A stretch of 64,000 nt of DNA from contig NIVC01003438.1 of NCBI GenBank assembly GCA_002269645.1, forward strand, positions 1 through 64,000. Direction: 5' to 3'. Shown one piece after another: positions 45,595 to 57,920 of the stretch. Both the position numbers and the translations under genes were made by a program. Source of the DNA: Macrostomum lignano. Lineage: Eukaryota. Each line of letters opens with the position of its first letter. Position 1 is the stretch's first letter. The notes below the pieces were generated by a model. It did no database searches, was not told the DNA's origin, and was given only the letters and a program-made list of their open reading frames with translations.

Positions 45595-46032
45595 AGAGAT
45601 CAGAAGAGAGAAAATATTATAATTCTTATATATTATACTTTTCACTATTTTCACCTGACTCGCTATCGGGCTGAAGGGAAGAAGAACATTCATATTCAGG
45701 TGTCGAAAAACAGTGTCTTCAATGCTGACAGAGCTCGGTCAGTGCTCACCACTCATAAAAAGCTGCAGCGCAATAACGAGCCACCAGATGCTCAGAAGTG
45801 GATGTCCAGGCTGTGGCCTGCGTTGGACTTCTGCGGGGCTGTGAAGCTGGTTTCGGTCATAGACTATCGGACCAGCGACCTGGCTTACAAGGCCAGTCCA
45901 GGCTCTCTGGCCATCGATGTGGGCTATCACGTCTACACGAGCTACGGAGTCATGGGGCAGTCATTCAGGATTGACAAGAGGCGGACTTGGCGTATTGAAA
46001 AGCCTGTTCAGCACATTCTTTTGTTTGGGTAG
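45595..46032 (+). other. Unassigned protein-like open reading frame (possible exon or transposon fragment)
   Basis: Open for ~146 codons with non-repetitive sequence (…WMSRLWPALDFCGAVKLVSVIDY…GYHVYTSYG…); candidate cag acceptor at 45699 and GG|gtagac donor near the end; no family recognised. Confidence 0.3.
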
Positions 46033-47611
46033 ACGGAATGCAATATACCAATATACCAAACTACACCGTGTGTCAGGTCTGTATTCCATAATTTCCTGAG
46101 TTAAAATAGGAAATTATGATAGAAATAAGTAATACGTACTGAGCAACATGTTCTACTTTTTCCATATTATCCATATTCCAGAAAAAGGAAAGGAATAGAT
46201 TTTACTTCCATTTTGCCAGAAGTCTCCATTTGTCAGCTCCACTCTGAAACCGGTGGTCAACTTTTCTCAGATCTCAGCCCCAAGTGACGCAATTCCGACA
46301 TGCACGCGACCGCCGTTCCCGTCTCAAATTACAGTTCTGCACTGACAGTAATCTACTGATAGTATAGTAATGCCACAAGCATATACTGGTGTAACTGGCC
46401 TTACTACTGCAATAGTTTTCGAACATTTGTTTTTTGAACCCGACATTTTTTTAATGCTAAACTATTTCACCCAAGACGCCAAGAACGAGGATGTACGACT
46501 GATCAGCTTTAGCACTGCCTAGAGTTGTCGCGGGCTCTCGGTGGTTGGGCACTGAGCTTTGGAATTTTTCGTGCAGCGTTTCTTCAATGCAGTTCACGAT
46601 CTGCTTTCCCATTGTCTCGCTCTCACTCTGTGCCAAGCTTTTGTTTTGTTGCTCATCCCAGCAGCCTATACTCGTGAAACCATGGAAAGCACCACCTCTC
46701 TCTCTTGTCTCTCGTGTATCTCCCACGGACCACTTGGTATCTCCCAGACGTATCCCTAAACGTCTGATCGCGTACCTCCAGCTGTAGTTCCGAAGTGCTC
46801 ATCAAGTAGTCACCAAGCAACCAATCCGGTTTGTTTTGAGATGCGCAGGTTTTTCAGCGGCGATTGAACTTAAAGTTTAGAACAAATTTATTGTTTAAAT
46901 ATTTTCTATTAACTATACGAGCGTATTGAACTTTAAATTAAATCAATCACAGTCAGAAAATTTACGGAAACAATAAATAATATAAAATATAGATAATTAA
47001 ATAGGGTTAAGGCAGATCAACTTGAGTATAGATATCGCTTGAGCTGAAGAGCAAAAAAACAAAAACTGCGTTTGCGGCGCAAAGAGGGAGCAAAAATCGA
47101 ATAAATAATCCAGAAAAGCACGTACAGGTATCGGGTTCGTCTTTGATCTGAATTGGAAATCCTGTAAAGATAAAAAATTAGCGGCTAAATTATCTGAGAC
47201 CATCAGAACGGTCTGATATAAAGAGGGCACGGCAACACAAAACACGGCACAGAAAAATTTCGGCTGCTTGGATAAACTGGAGTAGTGCTTCAGCAACAAA
47301 ATGATAGTTTGTCAAAGGCAAAACATCTCGATTACAAAGCTTTAGACAATTTTTCTGGCTACTGGGCACCAGAGCGAAACAGGCTCTGCCTACCAATTGT
47401 AGCTACATGGTCACTATACGCTGTTCGATATCATTCAATTCAGCCACTTGTTAATTTTTCACCCCAAAGAAACCAGCGGTCAACATTTCTCAGATCTCAG
47501 CCCCTAGTGACGCAATTGACACCACTCACGCGGTTCTCCTCTCAACTGTGGGTGATGCAATTGGCGTCACATGGAGAATTTAATCACAGAAAGGTTTTGC
47601 TTCACAAATCA

Positions 47612-48015
47612 AAGCATCATTTTACCTTCAATTTCATTCGAACTGGAATTCACTTTATTAGACAATCGGAAGCCCAACTTCGACACTTATAGCTCTGTAA
47701 ATGTAAATCTTCATTCATTTTAGAAAAGCCACTTTTCAATATGAACTCCAATTCATATCGGACAATCTGTTGACGCAACTTATATAAACTCTGATTCACT
47801 TTCAATTTTGTCTTTTTTGTGCGTTAGAGTTTTTCAGAGCCAACAACTTATAGGCTTTCTTCCTAATAGAAATTTGTGTCTGCTGTCGATATTGAAAACG
47901 AGTTTGTCCAGAATGAATAGAGATTTACATGTACAGAGCTATAAGTGTCGAAGTTAAGCTTCCGATTGTCTAAAATAAATTGTAGTTCGAAGGAAATTGA
48001 ATGTAAAATGGTGTC
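47612..48015. mobile_element. MITE-like element with ~95-bp inverted arms
   Basis: tagacaatcggaagcccaacttcgacacttatagctctgtaaatgtaaat (~47660-47709) is the reverse complement of atttacatgtacagagctataagtgtcgaagttaagcttccgattgtcta (~47924-47972). Confidence 0.65.
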
Positions 48016-48121
48016 ATGTACTCTCAGTTCTCAGACTTTATAAACTTGTTCTGGGTGGAAACTCTAACATGTTGCTGAGTGTACATATACATAGCGTCTC
48101 AGAAACCGCTAAAAAAATTGT

Positions 48122-49159
48122 TCAGAAGCCTCTAAGCTTGTGAGCTCTTTCCGGATCGAAGCTGACTTGGCGTGAAAGCTGGTCAACTTTCTGCGGAACA
48201 ACACGATACAGGCTGTTTCTCATCCAAACAGGGTTCCTCTGCAAGTGGTCGCTCACATTTGTCATGATAGTACTGAGGTCGAGCTCACGGAAGTTTTTCT
48301 CGATGAAATCGCAAACAGTCTGCACGTACAGCGAACCCGTGTTGATGCTTCTAAAGGCGACTGAGCCTGGACTGTTGGCGTAGCAGACCATAAAGTCGCT
48401 CTCTGGGGTACAGACTGTGAGGTTGTACCTTGATTCTTCTCGCGAATAGGAAGCAAAAGTTCGATCCTGGCGGCTTCCGCGACCGGCCTGAATGAAGAAC
48501 ACCTTTGGCTTTCCTTCTAGGCTTCGGCAGACAGAGGTCTGTGATGCGATGGTAGTGGCGGTAAAGTCTTCAGCCTTTCAATAGTGAATTCCAGTCTAGT
48601 CCAGACTTTTGCAAATGCGAGAAACCAATTCTTTTTCAGACAATATTACATTTTGTTTCAATATCATACTCGTACATTTCTATACGGAGCTATTTGAATA
48701 ACCCTATTATTGCATATATCTAGATAACCATAATAGAAGCTAAGCATGTATTTTTGGCTTACCTGAAACCTTTCGGTCACTTTTCGAATTTCGTAGGGAC
48801 ACCCGTCCCTACCGTAGATGCAGTCGTGGCTGCCGTGCGCCATCAGGAAGCAGACAAAGCTGCCGTGCTTGGCAAGGTCTCGTGACTTTTTAATCTCACT
48901 GAGGAAATCATCCAACTGCTCAGTAGTAAGGTCTTTTTTTATCTTGACGATGAAGCGCAGCCTCTCGAATACCCGTTTCGCTTGTTCAACATCACGATCA
49001 GAACCCTTACGCTCTGTGATACTGAATGTGATGTCACTTCCGGACTCGTACTTGCTGATGTTGATGATCAGGCAGTAGCCTTGCGGGTCCGTCACTGGAT
49101 AGAAATCTCCCTCGAGCCTGGAATGCAGCAGACGCTCAATATACTCGTAATTTTTTATA
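48122..49159 (-). CDS. Caspase (peptidase C14A) p20/p10 domain exons, probably catalytically inactive (QAGRG)
   Basis: YPVTDPQGYCLIIN...RKGSDRD...FVCFLMAHG...CRSLEGKPKVFFIQAGRG...SDFMVCYA...AFRSINTGSLYVQ; intron 48762-48539 (gtaagc...cag). Confidence 0.93.
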
Positions 49160-52100
49160 CTGACAACAAAAACATAAATTATGTAGTAGCACCTTGGTGG
49201 TTGATGTCGAACTATTTTGGCTCGCATAGCTCCGCTGAAGTTTCTAAAAAGTTTTTTTTCATTGTCAAAGGGAAATTCATTTGAACTATTCAATGAGTGA
49301 ATATTTGTTAGCAGTTTTCACTGGACAAATAAAGTAACATCGACTCACGGATCTGCTTCCTCCGCTGTATCATCTCTTGGTTCCTCCGAATGGTCCGTGA
49401 CAATTTTTCGCCTGAAATGGTCAAAAAACTTTGTAGTCTATTAGCTATGCTTGCAGAAGCTGTGTGTGATGTAGCTGTGTGCTGTAGCTGTGTGCTGTAG
49501 CTGTGTGCTGTAGCTGTGTGCTGTAGCTGTGTGCTGTAGCTGTGTGCTGTAGCTGTGTGCTGTAGCTGTGTGCTGTAGCTGTGTGTGCTGTAGCTGTGTG
49601 CTGTAGCTGTGTGTGCTGTATCTGTGTGCTGTAGCTGTGTGTGCTGTAGCTGTGTGCTGTAGCTGTGTGCTGTAGCTGTGTGCTGTAGCTGTGTGCTGTA
49701 GCTGTGTGTGCTGTAGCTGTGTGTGCTATAGCTGTGTGCTGTAGCTGTGTGTGCTGTAGATGCGTGTTGTAGCTGTGTGCTGTAGCTGTGTATGCTGTAG
49801 CTGTGTGTCCTGAAGGAACTCACGGCAGTGCCAGAGGCTCGTTGAAGTAAACCTTGCCTTCGTAACTAAAATTGCAGAGTGGAGTCTGAAGTCAGGGGAA
49901 TTGAGGGTGAGCACCCTTGCTCCATGCTTCATTCTATGTTTTATCAATCTTCACTCTGTTCAACTGCCGAGCTTGCAACGTTCCAATTCTTTACCGTTGA
50001 AGTGATCTTAATTTAAGCATGTTATGCCCAATGTTATTTTTTAGTCTAATGCGAACTTCAGAAGGTTTTTCTATCAGGAAAGTACAGCACATGCTTGTGC
50101 ACCAGTAAAGATCCTATTGCGTGAAGCGAACACCAATGAAATGCGTTATAGAAATCATATATATACTAGCGTTCAGTGAGAATGAAGCCTCTCTCCAGTT
50201 TTTCCCGGTTCTCGGCTCTCCGCCTCTTTGCCTCCTCAACTGCTCCGCTAGCTTGCCCCAACAATCGGGCCTGAACTCTAATATCCCGATTTAACAGAGA
50301 TAAATCCGGACAAACGTCAATTCGTGCAACAATATCGATAAGTAGCCTGTGGCTCCATTTTCACTGAATTGCTTAACAAATTTGCGTAATTGCGTGATCA
50401 ATATCCTATTAGGAATTGCTACTAACATTGATTAGTAATAAACATCTTGTTGAAGGTTAGAGATCGAGAGAAACAAATCGAACCTCCGACTTATTTGATT
50501 CAACAGCAACATCAACGATCATAGTCATCGTCAGAGGGGCACACCCCCGCAACACATTATTCTAAAACATTTGACCGTAATAATACAGAAAAGTACAACA
50601 AAAACTGCCCCATTTTACGAGCGTAAGTTAAAACTATTTTTTTCACAGCAAAATGCTTGCTGCGCTGGTGTCTCACCATAGACCGTATATTCCATGGGCC
50701 ACTCACTATTAAAACTACTCGTATGTAAAAATTAAACCACTTTAAAGCTCACTTTCAGGGATTTATTGACATAGATTTTATTTTGCGGGATTTAATCGAT
50801 CACTTTCCCGGGCATATTGCAAGGATTATTGTATGTATGTAAATAAGCGAGCTTCTCTCTTCTCTTCCTTCGTGACTCGAGACATTTCTTAATGAAATTT
50901 CGTCTATGGTAAGAATGTGGGGGCTTCGCCTCTACACCCCAGCAGGGGCTTCGCCCCCACACCCCCATCCCCAACTTCAACCATAGACATACAAGTACCC
51001 CGAAAAAAGCTAGAAAAATCTTTAGGCCGACCACAGTCGCTGAAAGTTTAAGTTCAGTAGCTGAGGGACATAGAAAGTATTTTTGCAATGGAGAAGAAAT
51101 ATAAATTTATTTCAGTTGCACGAAGATACAGAAACTTCACAACCGCTAAAAAGACTGCCGTATATGAAAGTAAGTGAAAAAATTTGACACTTTTCTGTAA
51201 AAGCGGCAAACCTTTTAGGCAGACTTGAATATGCCTCTGCTTCTGCCACGGCTTCTTGGAAACTCAGAACTTTGTGGTCCTTGACGATGAGTTTTCCGAT
51301 GACAGCTTGGTTGCCGAGACAGCAGTTTAGGTCACGCAAGCGCTAATCTTTAATCAAGAACTAACAGAAGCCTTTAGTTGTTGGCACCATGATCTCACGC
51401 AGGGCCGTCTGGAGGTCATTGAACGACTTGCTTCCAGGTTTGTCTGGCCGCCGCGCTATCTGCCGATTTTTCGTATAGAGCCGGCGACAGTCGCAGCAGC
51501 AAGACTTGAGCTCGTGCGGCTGGATCCCAGTTGAACAATGCGGCTCCAATCTCAAAGCCAACGATCCAAATTGGCCGTCTCCTCGAGTCTTCCAACCTCA
51601 GACATGCCCGACGTTGGACTCCACTTTGGGTGACGCTCTGGTTATCACTCGGAGTTGCTCGTGACTGGGGGCTGCTTGAAGACACTGCTCCATTGCGGCT
51701 TGCAGAAATTGTAGCCGAATTGGTTCTTGCCTGTCCAAAAGACTTTGTTGGATCCCCTGCTGTCTTGGCTGGCTCCTTGCTCATTGCGTCAGGTTAGAAT
51801 CGCTGCGACGCCAATACTACTACTGAGGCTGTGTTTATTTGAGTTGCAGCTCGCAGCCGATAAACTACGTATTTTTCTGCTCAGCCGTAGGCCGTGCTCC
51901 AGAGCTTTCTATCTTAATAAATTAGCTTCTAAATTAGTATGAGCATAGTAAACTTCCAACTAAGAAAAATACATTAGCCTGTGTTCTGAATTTTTATGTA
52001 TGGCCAAGCTACTACAAAAATGTGAAAAATGCCCACTCAGAGCAACTGCAGTCAGCTGCTCAATATTCAATCATAATTTACAGCACATATAGTTTTCATA

Positions 52101-54099
52101 CATACATTCTCAGACATTCTCATTCTCAGTCGCCATGAAAACTCACCCACGCAGCAGCTCAGCCAGTCTCCAGTTTCTCTTTTGTGTGGCCAAGGCTAGC
52201 GCAGTCCTATACTTATTGTTCTTCAGGCTCCAATCCGCCCCTGAGTCCAGCAGAACCTGACTGACGTGCTGGGGCGCCCAGCAGGTTACTGCCTGTATGA
52301 GGGGTGTGTATTCACACTGATTCCTCGCATTGGCGGAGGCTCCGGCAGCCAGCAGAGCGGAAGCTGCGGCAGAATTGCCATCTTTGACTGCATGATGCAA
52401 ACAACTGTCAGCAGCAGTATTCGCACAGGTGGGATCACCAAGCTCCACCAGCTGCTTCCACAGAGCCTCATCACTCCTCCAAGCTTCGTTCATCGCAATA
52501 TAACCCCGTCTGTCATAAGCATCCATCTCCACCAGCTTCATCCGATCCTCAGCATTGAGCTGAGCTACGCCCATCAACGCGGTGAGACCCAAAAAGTCAG
52601 GCAGGTCGCAGCTGTCGCGGGTCGCTGCTCGTCGCAGTCCCGCCAAGTCGCGCGCGTTCACCAGCCGCTGCAGCTTCTGTCGATCCGCCTCCTCCTGCAA
52701 AGACGAACGGAAACTTTGAGCACAGCTACTCAGCTGCTGCAACATCAGCACCGCAGATTCCACTCACCTGAGCTGTCAGACCGGAGATAGTGCCATATTC
52801 ATCCACAACTAGCCGCATCTCCCTGCAACAGCAAAAATGAGCAGCGATGCGAATATGCAATTTTCTAAAATATGACAATTCCGATTGACAAAAAATTTAC
52901 TTTAATAAGGTCTAGATAATTTTTCATGATAAATTTAGTAAATGGAAATTCCTACTTATCTGAGCTGCTTACAGATGGAGTTTCCAAGAGGACTGCAGCA
53001 GCTCTGCAACAATCAGCATTGGCGAGAGCGCATCCGACTTCTCACACGCAGCTCATTTTCCATTTCTGCAGCATTAGTTTCCTTCCATCTCACAATGTCT
53101 CACAAAGCACTCACGCACAGCCTCCCAGTTCTCCATCTGCAGCTCAACCCACACACTCTCACTGCACACCGAGGCCCTACAGCTTCCATTCTTGACTGAG
53201 ATCAACCGGCACCCCATTGGCTGGGAGGCAGCCAGCTTATCAAGCAGCGAACTGCTCACTCACCGCTTGATGTAGCTGGCCAGCTCTGAGTGGCCGCTGA
53301 GCCTCGCCAGTGCGGACGCTGTCCAATCTTCGAGATCTTTCAGTCTGAGCAGCCGCGACCTCTTCGAGTTTCTGTGCTGTCTGCATTCATTGAACCTGTC
53401 CTGCCTCAGCAGGTGCAGCAGGTGCTTGGCGCATTTCCAGCTTCCAGTCCGCGCCGCCTCCATCAGCGGAGTGGCGCCGTTGTCATTCCGCAGCCACTTC
53501 GCATCGAACGACAGCAGCGTCAGCAGCCGCAGGTGGTCCCGCCGGGCTGCCAGGTGCGCAGCCGTGTTGCCGTTCGCGTCAGCTGCCTTGGGGATTGCGC
53601 CCAGCTCAAATAAGTACAAGATGCACTTTTCAGTGTGCACGGGAGTCTCAGGAGCGTCGGCCACCAGCATGAGGACGGTCCGACGATCTGCATCAGCGCT
53701 GGTGACCAGCTGGCGCGTTGCCAGCCGCCGCACCTTGCCGAAGTCACCTTGGATGACGAGCTGGGCGAGAGTGTGGAGATCGGCTGGTGAGTCTCCGACG
53801 CTTTCCCGGTTGCTGGGGTCCGGCTTAGTGAGTTGCTGCAACTGCAATTAAAGCATCTCTAACCTAAGTGCAAATCTTAGCACTGAAGTATTTTAGGAGA
53901 CTTGAATTTACGAGCGTATGAGCTACTGGAGTAGCTGAGAGATGACTAATTTATTACTAATTATTAGTTACTAATTACAGATTACTAGTCAATTTCAATA
54001 ACTTCAACTTACCGCTCTGTCAGAGAACATGGTTATTTTTTCGCTTTCTGACGAAGTGCTTGACGTGCTCAAAGAGCTTGAACTTGAAGAGCTGGACAT
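48122..54099 (-). CDS. Predicted ankyrin-repeat/caspase-domain fusion protein (catalytic Cys replaced by Gly), 8 exons, ~728 aa
   Basis: Exons 54099-54013, 53841-53264, 52822-52768, 52694-52147, 49865-49824, 49411-49349, 49159-48763 and 48538-48122 are all GT-AG and phase-compatible, totalling 2187 nt. The ANK-to-caspase junction (2.3-kb intron 52146-49866) is inferred from phase and splice signals only. Confidence 0.6.
49457..49808. repeat. 13-bp minisatellite (gctgtgtgctgta)
   Basis: Fills the intron between exons 49865-49824 and 49411-49349. Confidence 0.92.
51100..51800 (-). pseudogene. Frameshifted retrotransposon gag-like remnant (Ty3/Gypsy-type)
   Basis: Fragments in different frames: ...FEIGAALFNWDPAARAQVLLLRLSPALYEK, SKSFNDLQTALREIM, and LRDLNCCLGNQAVIGKLIVKDHKVLSFQEAVAEAEAY, the last resembling the gag pattern RD.F..GL....I..KL....LT..KAV..A. 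Confidence 0.5.
52147..53841 (-). CDS. Ankyrin-repeat exons (two clusters of about 3-5 repeats each)
   Basis: DANGNTAAHLAARRDH, NDNGATPLMEAARTG, DSCLHHAVKDGNSAAASALLAAGASANARNQCEYTPLIQA, GADWSLKNNKYRTALALA. Confidence 0.9.
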
Positions 54100-55513
54100 G
54101 GCAAAGCGCAGGGTGCTTGTTGGCGCAGGATGGCTGGGAAGTTCGGCATTGGGGCGGGGCAGGGACCTCTGCGGCAGATTTTATTGCTTTGGCTGCTCGC
54201 GGAGGACTGGCTGAGCGGCTTTGCTGTTCATCTCTTGCATTGTACTGAAGACCAGATAGGCAGGCTGCACAGTGCGCAATACGATGCATATTTTATGCTG
54301 TGCTGTGAAACAATAACTTCTCTTCTCATCTCACCCGTCTCTCTAATTAGCAACAGTCTTTCAAAAGCTGAGGTTAGCATTATCTAAAAATGGGCTTGCT
54401 GCCAGGACCATTAAATAGACAATGGGCAGGTATCCAATGGGCCGTTGGAAATTTAATTTTCTTCACGAATGCCAGAATGTTTTTTGTAATATAAAACAAC
54501 GAATGAACAAAATACGCTCGTAGTAGCAATTATAACGGTTAGAATAAATCGGCTTCAACGAATTATCACTACAATCAATTTAAAGACGCCACAACCCTCC
54601 CACTCTCAATCTCCATCTCGTAGGCTAAACGTTTGCATTTTTCTCAGCAGGTGGTACAGTATTCTGACCTGTCGATCCAAAAGGGTGGCCAACGCGAACA
54701 TCTGATAAGTTGACCCTGCAACCAATGCATTCCAGGCATAAAAAAGTTCGATCGCTCAATCTCGATTGGCTATTGTCGATTTAGGCTGCCCATTGTCGAG
54801 ATCAGTATCTTACCAAATGGTATGTAGGTGTGTCATCGCTATTGGCTTGATTTGTGGCATCCTGACCTGACTCCATATCCACAAAGAATTGTGTTGTGTC
54901 GTGTAACTTGACAGGCCAACTTCATTATAATTATTACGCTAATGTTTCTGGTATAACGTAAATGCTAATTATAGTATTAATATTATTCCTGTCATTTACT
55001 TATACTGCCACTTTAAGTAGAGTAGTTGATAAAGTACCTGTACAATTTATCACTAATCACGCTACATCTTTGGCTCTTGAATTTATCGATCGTGCAGTTT
55101 CTCTAGCGTGAATAAAATATCGATCATGTCGTTTTTCTAAAATGCTAAATACACTAAAGTCTAAAATATATATAAAGCAACTGTGCGCACCTAGAAATTT
55201 ACTCTGCAACTCATCTGGAAACTTCAAGTCTCGGCTATACAACAAATTGCAGTTGAACGACAAATCAATTTCATCAATATCGACTAAATTTCCACGAGTA
55301 GAAAGTGGTTAAAACCTGCTCCGGTTAGTTAGTTTTTGATGCCTTATCTGATTTTCCAACACTGCACATCTGTTTATATAGGCCTATGACATTTGAACTT
55401 TTACAAATCCTCTTGCTCTTTGAAATCTTTGCAGTTTGACGTGTGTATGCCGATGTCTATGGCCAGAAAGTCAGAGGTCACATATAACGGTCTCGAGGCG
55501 AGCGAGATGAGAC

Positions 55514-56336
55514 TATACCTTTTAGTTTTAACAATTTTTTTGGACATAAGTGAAGTTAATTTAGTCATTAGTCAGCTCAGTCCTAGAAAAGTCATAGACT
55601 ATAGACTATAGACTATATAGACCATAGACTATAGTTAAGAAATGAAATCGATTTAGTCAAGTGCCACGTATTTAAACCTTTCCATGACTTGATTTTAGTC
55701 AAAGTGAATTTTATTTAGTCATCATGGCGGCAGAGTTCATGGCTTGCAAAGTTTGGTTGCAGAATTCATGGCTGAACTGTCTGCATTGGTTGATGAGCCG
55801 TTCTGCCTTCTGTTTGACAATGCTCGTGCCCATTGGAATCCACCAGCCATGGAGGTAGAGCAAGAGTTCAAGCCTTTATCACCTTATTCTCCGTTTCTTG
55901 AGCGTGAACTGGAGGTCAGTATAGCAGCTGCCTCACTGCGAAGCCTGGCATCGTGAGAGCCTTCGATTCATACCCCGCTGCATTGCCACGAAAGACATCG
56001 AAGACATCGTTGATTGAGTCGAAAAGTGAAGCGTCGCAACAATAATTTGTTGTGTCTTGTGTTGTGTTGTGTTCGTTTGTGTTCTTCTCAAATCGAAAAA
56101 ATAATTTAACGAACGAAAGAGGAAAATCGCCAACGACTAAATAAAATTCACTTTGACTTAATAAAAGTTACGAAAGACGGATTTAGAGAACCTTGACTAA
56201 ATCGATTTCATTTCTTTACCATAGTCTATGGTAAACCCCGAGTGCTGACTACATCAAACTCACTTTTCTAGGACTGAGCTGGTTAATGACTAAATTAACT
56301 TCACTTATGTCCAAAAAATTGTTAAATGGTAGTATA
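55514..56336. mobile_element. Internally deleted Tc1/IS630-like DNA transposon with ~200-bp terminal inverted repeats
   Basis: ttaacaatttttttggacataagtgaagttaatttagtcatta...gtcaaagtgaattttatttagtc is mirrored at 56135-56326. The internal + strand fragment CLLFDNARAH...LSPYSPFL matches the DNA..H / LPPYSP.LNP motifs of IS630-Tc1 DDE transposases. Confidence 0.75.
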
Positions 56337-56946
56337 TTACTGGTATCGACCAAATAAATGAAATAAATTCAGTTGAGAGGAAAGGAGAGGAGTTGTGCTC
56401 TTAGCTAGTGGCTAGCATTCAATATATATTATGACGATTGCTGTACATGAGTGCGCGTACATTAGGCCGTATGAATGACAAAAGCATTTGCTCATGAGAA
56501 AATTCTCAGCCTTTGAGCACGAGTATTTGCTTCGAATTGGGAATACTCTCCGAGTGCCAGCAAATTCTCAAAGAGGACATGAATAAATAAAATCCTCAAG
56601 CTCTAAGAATTTTCTTCGTGACCAAAGCAAATTCTCAGCCACTTTAAACCATAGACAAGACGTCTTTCCACTTGATTCTATTGAACCAAGCTTCGCCTCA
56701 GCCAATAAACGCATCCTCAGCCGCTTACGAGCAAAATAAATAAAATTAGTGGGGAATAACATATACAGACTGGCTTGCGAGATGGGAAACAGAAAGAGAA
56801 AGTGCAACTACGAGCTATAGTACACGCATCACACGTGAAAATAAATCGTTCTATGGAAAAGAAAGTCCGAGGATACGCTTTTATCAGGCAGGATTCGGCA
56901 TGTACATGTACAATATTTGCGCAACGGAAGTAGAAATAATATCAGG

Positions 56947-57218
56947 CAGTGGCGGATCCAGAGTTTCATTTTGGGGGGGGGGCGGTCCAAGTTTGGGGCG
57001 CCAACACAAGTGGAAGGGGCGCCAATTTTTAAGCTAGGGGGCGCAAAAAATGCGCGTAGGGGGGGGCGAAAAATCAAGCTTAGGAGCGCAAAAAATGCGT
57101 ATAGGGGGCGAAAAATCACGTTTAGGGGGCGAAAATTTAGGTTTTTGGGGGGCGCAATATGTTCGGTCAAGCTATTTGGGGGGGGGGGCGTCCCCCCCCC
57201 CCCCTATATCCGCCCCTG
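56947..57218. mobile_element. hAT-like MITE (272 bp) with a perfect 8-bp target-site duplication
   Basis: TIRs cagtggcggatcca / tatatccgcccctg; TSD atatcagg at 56939-56946 and 57219-57226. Confidence 0.85.
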
Positions 57219-57392
57219 ATATCAGGTACATGAAATTGACCAGAAAGAAATTTCTGTGCTTCATTTTATAATTATGAGTGATGTTTTGAGCTTCCTGCAG
57301 TGTCTGAACGGTTTCCATAGCTACTGGGAAAACACTTGGTACTTGGCAGTTTCTGTTGGGAGCGCGAGGTTTTCCAGCACGCGGTTCATTAC

Positions 57393-57920
57393 GGACTGAC
57401 TGACTGACTGACTGACTGACTGACTGACTGACTGACTGACTGACTGACTGACTGACTGACTGACTGACTGACTGACTGACTGACTGACTGACTGACTGAC
57501 TGACTGACTGACTGACTGACTGACTGACTGACTGACTGACTGACTGACTGACTGACTGACTGACTGACTGTCTGACTGACTGACTGACTGACTCACTGAC
57601 TGACTGACTGACTGACTGACTGACTGACTGACTGACTGACTGACTGACTGACTGACTGACTGACTGACTGACTGACTGACTGACTTGAGTGAGTGGGTGA
57701 CTGACTGACTGACTGACTGACTGACTGACTGACTGACTGACTGACTGACTGACTGACTGACTGACTGACTGACTGACTGACTGACTGACTGACTGACTGA
57801 CTGACTGACTGACTGACTGACTGACTGACTGACTGACTGACTGACTGACTGACTGACTGACTGACTGACTGACTGACTGACTGACTGACTGACTGACTGA
57901 CTGACTGACTGACTGACTGA
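57393..57920. repeat. (GACT)n microsatellite
   Basis: Direct reading; source of the SQSV pseudo-ORFs. Confidence 0.97.

Noticed and set aside
54029-54214. + strand 61-aa ORF
   Set aside because: Antisense to the better-supported first exon of the ANK-caspase model (ATG 54099, donor gtaagt at 54012)
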